A stretch of 62,000 bases of DNA. Origin: Malacoraja senta (taxonomy: Eukaryota). Position 1 is the first letter of the stretch. Each line of letters opens with the position of its first letter. Positions 51,247-62,000 of the stretch are shown here, in pieces. A program made the translations under genes and the position numbers. A model generated the notes under the pieces. That model saw nothing but the letters and a program-made list of their open reading frames with translations. It was not told where the DNA came from and searched no databases. The DNA lies in the NCBI GenBank assembly GCA_038087875.1, contig JAXLNO010000571.1, positions 62,001-124,000 of the forward strand. The letters run 5' to 3'.

Positions 51247-53033
51247 CTCGACAGAGATGCAACTTTTCCGTACCGCATCTCCTTCCGCACTGCGGCCTTA
51301 ACATCGTGCAGCTGGCGGTCCCTTCGTTAGGGATCGACTTTGGGAGCTCCAACGGCAGGGGCTTCGATCTCCCTGATTGCAGATGTTTCAATTGCCCCGA
51401 TCGCGGGAGAAAAGGAGGAAAGATGGTATATGTTGTTTGCCTTCCATCACGGTGGGGAATGTGAGGTAGCTGAAAAAAACGATGGACCTGCTGCCTGCCC
51501 TGGTGGGGACTCGGAGAGATTGCCGTGAGTGCAGTGATCTTGGTGGTTGCAGGGACATCGTGCCATGAGAACATCCTGGAGTTTGCTGCGAGTGTGGAGG
51601 ACTTTCTGACTGTTCGGGAGGACAGGGACTGCAGAGAGAGTGACAGCGATCGGTACAACTCGGTGAAGAGCATGTGTGTGTGGCCCGACCATTGAACTGA
51701 TGGCTGTGGGTCTCTACTAATGCTGTCTGCCTTGGGGGTTCTCACATGCTGCTGTGGTGGCTGTTTAAGTGTATGTTTAATCTTTATGTAGTAATGTATC
51801 TTGTTGCTTTTTTCTTTGTATGACTATAGTAAATCATATTTCACTGTACCTCAGTACACATGACAATAAAGGACCATTGAACCAACTCAATATGTGTACG
51901 AAGGAACTGCAGATGCTGGTTTACACCGAAGATAGACACAAAATGCTGTAGTAACTCAGTGGGTCAGACAGCAACTCTGGAGAAAAGGAATAGGAAAGGA
52001 GCAAACTATACTCGGTACTATTCTATACTCCATACTCCGACTGATGAAGGCCAATGTGCCAAAAGCCTTCTTGACCAGCCTATCCACCTACGACACCACT
52101 TTCAAAGAACTATTCATCTGCACCCCTCGATCCCTCTGCTCCACAACACTCCCCCAAGCCCAACCATTCACTATGTAGGTCCTGCCCATGTTAGATGTCC
52201 CATAGCACCTCGTATTTCTTTATATAAAATTCCATTAACCACTCAGCAGCTCACCTGCCCAACCGATCAAAACCCTTCATTTTATTCATTATGCCCAGTG
52301 TTCTCGAGAACGTCTATCCCTAAACCAACATCACTAATACTGACTATTTGGGCACCAGCACAGAACTATTTATGTGTGATCGCTATGCACAAATTGGTTG
52401 CTATCTTTCCTACATTTAAGTGTCATCACACTACAAAAGAACTTCATTGGTTTTCGGATGTCCCGTGTGGCTATATGAAATTCATAGTTGAGTAACTGAG
52501 TGGGGCAGACATGCACACACCTTTTTACCCCCTCTCGTTTATCATATTGTTTACAGTGTACTATGTTTACATATTTTGTTGTGCTGCAGCACTGAAGAAT
52601 TTTATTGTTCTATTTGAAACCTATGACAATAAATCACTCTTGACTTTTGAGAAGCTTGAGTTTTCATGGATCGGTTCTGGAGTTGAACCAATGTGAAGGA
52701 GTGCCAAAAATACTTGTTTCCTAAAACCACAGGAATTCCTAACATAAAGGGTTAGACACAACTCAATACACAGTAATACAGAATGTAAAAACAATTGTCA
52801 TTGATGGAGTAGTGACAGGAACTGATTTGCAAAGTTGCACACCTTTAGTTTGGATCTTGAATCGAAGGAATGAACCTACATGTTGGTTGCAATGGTCAGT
52901 GCAATTTCAGATAATAAGAGCTGAGTGTCCCCTTGTGGTGAAGAGGAGTAGTCAAACTTATCTTTGTGAAACCACACAAACAGACTTTGTGAACTGTTCT
53001 GTTCTTTATTGAAGGACTGAGACCGGACATTTC

Positions 53034-53223
53034 TGTAATGAGTGGAGTTGTACACACATCGAAACACAACACATATTTATTAAAGTCCACTTACAGCATT
53101 GGTCAGCAGAACATTACAGTACCTAACAGCTACTCAGACTGAATTAGTAATATAAATCGCATATTAGGCAGAGCAACTACTAACAAGCACTACAATTGGT
53201 TAGTAGGAAATAACCAATCTACA
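53034..53223 (-). repeat. 3' LTR
   Basis: About 13 substitutions and a 16-bp deletion relative to the 5' LTR (by eye). Confidence 0.95.
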
Positions 53224-53599
53224 TATTTCCTTGTAGAAACAAAATAGAGCATAGATTCGTGGAGACATGGTGGCCAAACAATATAGTAGCCGGAACGTTA
53301 ATATCGCATATGGGCAAGTATAGATAGTTACACAAAATCACCATATCTAATGGGTGGCCTGCTGACCCATCCGGCACGTGTGCGGGCACGAATCTGCATC
53401 CCCCTTTCTTCGGTGAAGTGAATGGGGAGGGAACCGGGGAAATGACCGGGGACCCGCCGGGTGGAGGTGGTGTAATAGGTGAGCTAGGTGCTGAACACCG
53501 TGGGGAGGCCGTGTGGGACACAGTCTCTGATAGTGGAGCAGCCGGCCCGGTAGTGGGAGGGTATACAAAACGAAAACCTCTGGATGCGGAGTCACAAGA

Positions 53600-56500
53600 C
53601 GCGGTTCCTTCACAGGAAGATGTTGACGGTTGCGTCTGTAAATGGGCAGAGCGCTGTAAAAATGTAAAAGAGCGCTGTTCTTTGGCAGGGCTGTGGATGT
53701 GACCCAGACGGCCATAGCCCTTGTTGGTCTGGAGGCGAACAACCTGTCCACTGGAGAGAGGTTTAAGTGGCTTACTGGATTTGTCGAAAAAAAAGTTTTT
53801 GTGCATCGCGCTTGAATTGTAGTTGTTTCTGGACACGGGAGGTGAACGGACCTCTGGCTGCAAAAGCTGCTGGGGCTACGGCAGGGCAGCACGGGTTTGG
53901 CGAGACATCAGTCGTTGGGCGGTGGAACCCAGTATGGGATCCCTGGCAATGTTCCTTAAATTGAGCAGGTCCAGGTAGATGTCAGATTTTGCAAGATAAG
54001 AACGCTCCATTAGTTGTTTTGCGCTTCGGACAGCTCTTTCGGCGAGTCCGTTGGACTGCGGAAACTCAAGGCTGCTGGTGATATGTCGAAAGTCCCATCG
54101 TTGTGCAAAGTTTTTGAAAAGCTGACCAGTGAACTGACTGCCGTTGTTGGATAGAAGGCGTGCAGGGGAACCGTGCACGGATAAATGGTGTTGCAACTTC
54201 TGGATAACTGCTTCAGATGTGATGGTTTGGAGTAAATCGATTTCAAACCAGCCCGAATATGAGTCGACGAGAACTAGATAGTGTTTCCCATGACATTCGA
54301 ATATGTCGGTGGCTACCGTGGGCACAGTAGAGGAGGAACCGGGTGCAACAGTAAGGGCTGCTTCTGCTGGTGTGGCGTCAGGCTTTTGCAGATGGCGCAG
54401 ACTTCAATTTTGTCACATATGTACTTGGTCATGCCAGGCCAGTAAAACATGCCCTGTGCCCGTTGTAAGGTTGCCTCCACACCGGGGTGGCCCCTGTGGA
54501 TGGCATCGTAGTACTTGTCCTGGAGGACAGCTGGGACAACTGCTTTGTGACCCTTGACTATAATCCCGTCCTGTATCACCACCTCGTCGTGAACCAGGAA
54601 GTATGGGCGGATCGCGAGCGGGGTGCTGTGTTGTTTATCCGGTCAGCCACGCTGGATGACTGCGGACAGCAATTGTAGATTCTCGTCAGCAGCCGTGTGC
54701 GCTGCCAGGCTGCTCAGGCAATCAGTGGGAACATATGATACCTTCATTACTGAGAACTGGTCCAGTTCTGAGAGCTGTTGTTCGCTGGTTTTGCGTGGGG
54801 CCCTTGATAGCGTGTCAGCTATGTGCATGTCCTTGCCTTTTTATAGACAATGTTGAAATCAAAACGCTGCAGCTGCATCATCATCCGTTACAGGCGAGCT
54901 GGAGCAGCGTGAATGGGCTTATTCAAGATGGTGACCAGCAGCTGGTGGTCTGTTTCTATAATCACAGACTTCCCAAAAATAAAGTCTTTGAATTTCGTGC
55001 AGGCAAAAACTACTGCAAGTAATTCTTTCTCAATTTGGGCGTAAAGTTGTTCAGTGTCTGTCAGTGTGCGGGAGGCATATGAAACAGGCTTGCAGTCACC
55101 ATTGGTAGTGGTCTGTAGGCAAACAGCGCCAAGTCCGTACTGGGACGCATCACATGTGAGCGTTACGGGTAATTCCAAAGCAAAATAGGCGAGGGTGGGT
55201 GCGCTGGCCAGCTGAAACTTGAGCATATCAAAAGCTCTTTGGTGCTGTGGATACCAGGACCATTCAGTGTCTTTGTCAGTTCCCGCAGGGAGGCAGGTAT
55301 ATCGCTGAGGTTGGGAATAAATTTCCCCAGGTAGTTGACCATTCCATGGAACCTTTGTAGAGTCGTAACGTCAGTAGGAGCTGGCATTTCGTTGATAGCA
55401 GCGTTCTTCGATGGGTCTGGTCTGAGACCATCACTTGTGAAAACATGTCCGACGTGGGTAACTTCCGGGACCCGAAACTTGCACTTCGTGGGATTGAGTT
55501 TCAGCTGAATGTCTTTGGCACGGTCCAGCACTTTCTTCAGATTAGCATCATGCTCAGCCAAGTTGTGCCCGTAAACGAGAATGTCATCAACAATAATGGC
55601 GCATGGATACCCCGTAAACAGTTGTTCCATCGTGTGCTGGAAAACCTCGCTGGCAGAGTTGATAGATACATAGATACATAGAAAATAGGTGCAGGAGTAG
55701 GCCATTCGGCCCTTCAAGCCTGCACCGCCATTCAATATGATCATGGCTGATCATCCAACTCAGTATCCCGTACCTGCCCTCTCCATACCCCCTGATCCCT
55801 TTAGCCACAAGGGCCACATCTAACTCCCTCTTAAATATAGCCAATGAACTGGCCTCAACTACCCTCTGTGGCAGAGAGTTCCAGAGATTTACCACTCTCT
55901 GCGTGAAAAAGTTTTTCCTCATCTCGGTCTTAAAGGATTTCCCCCTTATCCTTAAGCTGTGACCCCTTGTCCTGGACTTCCCCAACATTGGGAACAATCT
56001 TCCTGCATCTAGCCTGTCCAACCCCATAAGAATTTTGTACGTTTCTATAAGATCCCCTCTCAATCTCCTAAATTCTAGCGAGTATAAGCCAAGTCTATCC
56101 AGTCTTTCTTCATATGAAAGTCCTGACATCCCAGGAATCAGTCTGGTGAACCTTCTCTGCACTCCCTCTATGGCTATAATGTCCTTCCTCAGATTTGGAG
56201 ACCAAAACTGTACGCAATACTCCAGGTGTGGTCTCACCAAGACCCTGTACAACTGCAGTAGAACCTCCCTGCTCCTATTCTTCAAATCCTCTTGCTATGA
56301 AGGCCAACATACCATTCGCTTTCTTCACTGCCTGCTGCACCTGCATGCCTACTTTCAATGACTGGTGTACCATGACACCCAGGTCTCGCTGCATCTCCCC
56401 ATTTCCTAATCGGCCACCATTTAGATAATAGTCTGCCTTCCCGTTTTTGCCACCAAAGTGGATAACCTCACATTTATCCACATTATACTGCATCTGCCAA

Positions 56501-59500
56501 ACATTTGCCCACTCACCCAGCCTATCCAAGTCACCTTGCAGTCTCCTAGCATCCTCCTCACAGCAAACACTGCCCCCCAGCTTAGTGTCATCCGCAAACT
56601 TGGAGATGTTGCTTTCAATTCCCTCGTCCAGATCATTAATATAAATTGTAAATAGCTGGGGTCCCAGCACTGAGCCTTGCGGTACCCCACTAGTCACTGC
56701 CTGCCATTGTGAAAAGGACCCGTTTACTCCTACTCTGCTTCCTGTTTGCCAGCCAGTTCTCTATCCACATCAATACTGAACCCCGAATACCATGTGATTT
56801 AAGTTTGTATCCTAATCTCTTATGTGGTACCTTGTCGAAAGCCTTCTGAAAGTCCAGATACAACACATCCACTGGTTCTCCCCTATCCACTCTACTAGTT
56901 ACATCCTCGAAAAATTCTATAAGATTCGTCAGACACGATTTACCTTTCGTAAATCCATGCTGACTTTGTCCAATGATTTCACCACTTTCCAAATGTGCTG
57001 CTATCCCATCTTTAATAACTGACTCTAGCAGTTTCCCCACTACCGATGTTAGACTAACTGGTCTGTAATTCCCCGTTTTCTCTCTCCCTCCCTTCTTTAA
57101 AAGTGGGGTTACGTTTGCTACCCTCCAATCCTCAGGAACTACTCCAGAATCTAAAGAGTTTTGAAAAATGATCACTAATGCATCCACTATTTCTGGAGCT
57201 ACTTCCTTAAGTACTCTGGGATGCAGCCTATCTGGCCCTGGTGATTTATCGGCCTTTAATCCATTCAATTTACCCAACACCACTTCCCGACTAACCTGGA
57301 TTTCACTCAGTTCCTCCATCTCCTTTGACCCGCGGCCCCCTGCTATTTCCGGCAGATTATTTATGTCTTCCTTAGTGAAGACGGAACCAAAGTAGTTATT
57401 CAATTGGTCCGCCATATCCTTGTTCCCCATGATCAATTCACCTGTTTCTGACTGCAAGGGACCTACATTTGTTTTAACTAATCTCTTTCTCTTCACATAT
57501 CTATAAAAACTTTTGCAGTCAGTTTTTATGTTCCCTGCCAGTTTCCTTTCATAATCTATTTTCCCTTTCCTAATTAAGCCCTTTGTCCTCCTCTGCTGGT
57601 CTCTGAATTTCTCCTAGTCCTCTGGTATGCTGCTTTTTCTGGCTAATTTGTACGCATCATCTTTTGCTTTGATACTATCCCTGATTTCCCTTGTTATCCA
57701 CGGGTGCACTACCTTCCCTGATTTATTATTTTGCCAAACTGGGATGAACAATTTTTGTAGTTCATCCATGCAGTCTTTAAATGCGTTCCATTGCATATCC
57801 ACCGTCAACCCTTTTAGAACTAATTGCCAGTCAATCTTGGCCAATTCACGTCTCATACCCTCAAAGTTACCTTTCTTTAAGTTCAGAACCGTTGTTTCTG
57901 AATTAACAATGTCACTCTCCATCCTAATGAAGAACTCAACCATATTATGGTCACTCTTGCCCAAGGGGGCACGCACAACAAGTCTGCTAACTAACCCTTC
58001 CTCATTACTCAATACCCAGTCTAGAATAGCCTGCTCTCTCGTTGGTTCCTCTACATGTTGGTTTAGATAACTATCCCTCATACATTCCAAGAAATCCTCT
58101 TCCTCAGCACCCCTGCCAATTTGATTCACCCAATCTATATGTAGATTGAAGTCACCCATTATAACTGTTTTGCCTTTGTTGCACGCATTTCTAATTTCCT
58201 GTTTGATGCCATCCCCAACTTCACTACTACTGCTAGGTGGCCTGTACACAACATCCACCAGCGTTTTCTGCCCCTTAGTGTTTCGCAGCTCTACCCATAC
58301 CCATACCGATTCCACATCCTCCAAGCTAATGTCCTTCCTTTCCACTGTGTTAATTTCCTCTCTAACCAGCAACGCTACCCCACCTCCTTTTCCTTTCTCT
58401 CTATCCCTCCTGAATATTGAATATTCCAAAGGGCATTCTCGGGAATTTGTAATGGCCGAAGGGTGTGCCGAATGTAGTAAGGTCGGATGAGTCAGGGTCC
58501 AGCGGAATCTGCCAAAATGAACTTTTGGCATCCAGAACAGAGAACACTGATGCGTTGCCTATTTGCGCGGCAACTTCCTCTACCGTTCGCATAGGGTAGT
58601 GCGGGCGTTTGATCGCTGTGTTGAGATCCCTGGGGTTTATGCAGATATGGATTTCCTTCTTGTTTTTTTTCGTCGCAACCACCATAGTGGAAACCCAGAA
58701 GGGTCAGTAACTTCAGCAATGACACCCAGGGAGACCATCCGCTTGAGTTCATTGTGTACTCTGTCACACATGGCATGGGAACACGATGTGGTGCTCGAAC
58801 CACAGGAGTGACGTTGGGATCAACGGCGATGTTGTACTTAAGGGGCAGCTTGCCCAGCTCACCGTTAAATAGTTCTCTGTAATGAGAGAGTATTTGCTGA
58901 GTGGGGCCCTCAGCGAGAAAGAGTTGATGGACAGCATGGCCAAAGTATACTAGGCCTAGATTGTGGCATGCATTGATACCAAGCAGAGTTTCAGAATCCT
59001 CCTTGACGATATAAAACGTTAGTGTATGAGGCTGCGAGTCTATGATGCAGTTTAAATCAGTTTGTCCAAGCAGGTATAGAACATCACCATCCCCCCCCCC
59101 CCCCACCCCAGGATTGAAGCGTGGCTGAGGCCTTTTCAACATATTCAGAATTACGTTTTTTTTAAAAACTCAGATAATGAGATGTTGCATTTCAATCTTT
59201 GCAATCACAGGCCTGTTATTCGCAAACATGGTTACCTCAGGGTCAAGTTGCTCGTTAGAGCAAGGGAGGAGAGAGTGGATGGCTGAACTGTTATCTTCAC
59301 TTTGGTACCTCAAGCTCTCGGCTTTCGTTATCAGCAGACATATGTTGTAATAGGTGCAAACTCGGCCTTGAGACGGATTGAGTCGCACGGGAACAGTAAA
59401 CTTTTGCAAAGTGATAGACTTTCTTGCAGAAATGGCAAATGTTACCCTAAGCAAAACAGAACTCACGACCCGGAGCATGAGAATAGTTATAATTAGGACA

Positions 59501-60153
59501 TCGAGCAGAAGACCTTCGCTGCTGCCAGACATGGGAAGGCTGCGGATGCAGGTTATGACAGATGTCTAAGGTTAACACTATACTGGGAGTGCTGCCCAGA
59601 GGTCACAGACTTAGTGTGAGAAGCCGTTATCTAAGCAATCCGATAGGGTTGATTAAGAGTTAGTTCAGTATTACGAAGCAATTCGTCTCTCACCTTGTCA
59701 TTAAGCATACCTCCAACGAGATCAGTTCATCGCAAAATCTCAAAAACGACAGCGTGCAGCCATGTGTTTCAAGTCGCTAATAAAACATTATATTGGCTCG
59801 CCAACCTGTTGTGTACGAGCAAAAAACTTGGTACGTTCGATAACAGAGTTCTAGGGGAGGTTACATAGCTGTCTAAACTTTGCAAGTAGGACAGCAGGGT
59901 CATCAATCATTTCCGTGGGCACTAGAATCTGTCCGTTTGTGTCTAAAACAGCAGGCTCAAAAGTAAAACTGTCTGCACGTTTCATTGTCTCAGGACCAGC
60001 CAGGTTTAGTAGCACAGAAGCACGTACATCTGGAGGATCATTGCGATGAACGATGCGAATGAAGTGAATGTAGTGGCACTCGAAAAGGCACCAGCGTTCA
60101 GCAATGTCGGTGTCAAAGATCAGAGGACTAGGACGGTGAGACGAGTTTGCCAT
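53600..60153 (-). pseudogene. Gypsy gag-pol pseudogene, multiply frameshifted and interrupted by a CR1
   Basis: Gag MANSSHRPSPL. RT LDAKSSFWQI...RMPFGI|NSASEVFQ...IVDDILV. RNase H CDASQYGLG...YAQIEKELLA. Integrase HRGH...CAIC, VATDIF, QSNGLAERAV. Confidence 0.9.
55664..58422 (-). mobile_element. Young 5'-truncated CR1 LINE inserted into the Gypsy RT
   Basis: ORFs 57614-58531, 56690-57496, 56275-56697 and 55587-56285 match the triplicated CR1 family. (TCTATGTA)n tail. Gypsy FGI|NSAS rejoins when the insert is removed. Confidence 0.95.
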
Positions 60154-60240
60154 GATAGAGATAACAGGCACATGAAACAAATGTTTTTAAAAAACACGAT
60201 AAAAATGAACGGAGTAGGTAAGACTCACTTCTTGACACCA

Positions 60241-60446
60241 TGTAATGAGTGGAGTCGTACACACATCGAAATACAACACATATTTATTAAAGTCCATTTG
60301 CAGCATTGGTCTGCAGAACGTTACAGTACCCAACAGCTACTCAAACTGAATCACGTAAGCAAGCTCTGAGTGATATAAATCACAGATTAGGCAGAGCAAC
60401 TAGTAACAAGCACTACAATTGGTTAGTAGGAAATAACCAGTCTACA
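60241..60446 (-). repeat. 5' LTR
   Basis: Direct repeat of 53034-53223, adjacent to the PBS. Confidence 0.95.
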
Positions 60447-62000
60447 ATTTCCAATGCTCAAGATATTGTCTCTCAGTTACTTGTGCAGTTGAAATACCAG
60501 ATGAACTTATTGAAGAATATTTGAACAAGATGACCCATAACATTTCTTTCCAAGTCTGTTTGTTTTCTAGAGCTAGGGTGGATTTTGTAGAAATAAGTCA
60601 TTTATTTGTAGAGCACCTCTTCTGCAGTGGTCCCTCAGGAGAGTGGATGACTATTTCCATCCACATATTGCAGGTCCGGAGGTGATCAATGAGGTCCACG
60701 TAACAGCATCAAATTCTTCCATGGGTGGAGAAGGAAGCACCTGGTGGGAGACGTGCATGAATAGTTTGTGAACTGGTGCACCCCTTCCATCAACCATGTG
60801 TGGCTTGTGTTCTCCGACACATCATCCCAAATGCTCCTTCTCCATTTTGGTTCCCGGGAATCATTGACGATCCTTAACGTTCCAGTGAATTTGCAGGATA
60901 TTGAGACAATATTGGTGGTATCTTTCCAGAATCTTGAGGTGCTTTCTGTCAGCAGTGCTGGTCTCAGGCCAGACAGGACTTTGGTTGGGGGGGGGGGGGG
61001 GGGGGAGAAAAATCACTGTCCATTTTCTTTCACCGAGTAGTAAAGATCAAGCTGCTCACCATTACATAATTACAGATGAACTAAGGACAGTGGCATTACC
61101 TCAGAGTTGTTTAAAATCTATTTTTAGACAAAACCTACATTGCCATTGTAATAGATACAGACAATGTCGATTTGGCCAGGGTACATAACTTCTATATCAA
61201 GCCAATGCCATTTAGAAACATACATAGAAAGATGGATGTGCAAAGACTTGGAATACATTTCAATAGCTTTGCTTAGTTTCCAGCTCCGTCATTTAAAAAC
61301 CTAATAGCATTAGGCCCAGTACTGCTCCATTTGGCATCATATTGGTGCCTCTTGCCAAGTTGACACTTCTCCATTCACAGTTATTCAATGTTTTTTTCTG
61401 AGGTAACCAATTTTCAATTGGCTTCAGAAGCTTTCTTTTGATTCTGAGTGCTCATCTCATGAACCAATTGGTTGTGCAGCACTTAAAATACTTTACCACA
61501 AACTAAATGTTACGTTTGTGTACTTTCAATGTCAAGTTTATAACATTGACTAATTCAATAATTATTTAAACAAAAATCTCTTACTAAAATTATCTCGACA
61601 ATTAATGTTTGCACTTTCGATCTGTGCAGTTAGAAGCATGGTAATACAATTTCATTGGTGATATTCAGAGCCTTTCTTGTGAGCTACATATTTCAACTGA
61701 AATAAAAACTGAAAATGCTGGAAGGTCAGGCAGCATCTGTACAGCAATGCCTCAGATCAGAATTGATTTTCTGATTGACATATTTAGTCTTGTTGCCTCA
61801 ATCTTTTTACATATTCTTTGGAATGTGACAAGAACTGCTAATGTATTAATATCTGGGAAGATTTTATCAGTTGAGAAAGTGCAACTCCTTTATTCAAAAA
61901 GGGACCAAGTTAGCAGGATGCGAAAGGCCGATGAACCTATCTGTGGAATTCTCTGCCTCAGAATTCTCCCAATTCTCTGGATGCTTTCAAGAGAGAGTTG

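Larger units (their letters stand above)
53034..60446 (-). mobile_element. Full-length decayed Ty3/Gypsy LTR retrotransposon (Mag-like)
   Basis: TG...CA LTRs at 60241-60446 and 53034-53223. 5-bp TSD ATTTC at 53029-33 and 60447-51. Primer-binding site (PBS) TGGTGTCAAGAAGT (tRNA-Leu-like). Domain order gag-PR-RT-RH-IN. Confidence 0.95.

Overview
This is vertebrate genomic DNA. The repeat content (HE1/V-type SINEs, HER1-like CR1 LINEs, DeuSINEs) points to a cartilaginous fish, probably a skate or ray (inference). The only host coding sequence I can support is a minus-strand first coding exon at 37492-37677, inside a CpG island. It encodes a signal peptide and one EGF domain, ends at a phase-0 GTAAG donor, and is most likely DNER. 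Positions 1-37491 would then be intron 1 and 37.9-62 kb upstream sequence. The rest is dominated by transposable elements: young and old CR1 LINEs, Rex1 and Tx1 fragments, and a 5'-truncated Neptune-type Penelope-like element (PLE) with a target-site duplication (TSD) and a minimal hammerhead-ribozyme motif, plus dispersed copies of that tail. There is also a full-length decayed Gypsy LTR element (53034-60446) split by a CR1, a non-autonomous Helitron and two MITEs. The most unusual structures are a 3552-bp tandem triplication with mosaic divergence inside a TSD-like 9-mer, a ~172-bp-arm inverted repeat in intron 1, two short templated-looking copies upstream of the promoter, and a CTG at the position of the human DNER start codon. 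I found no convincing wholly new protein-coding system.
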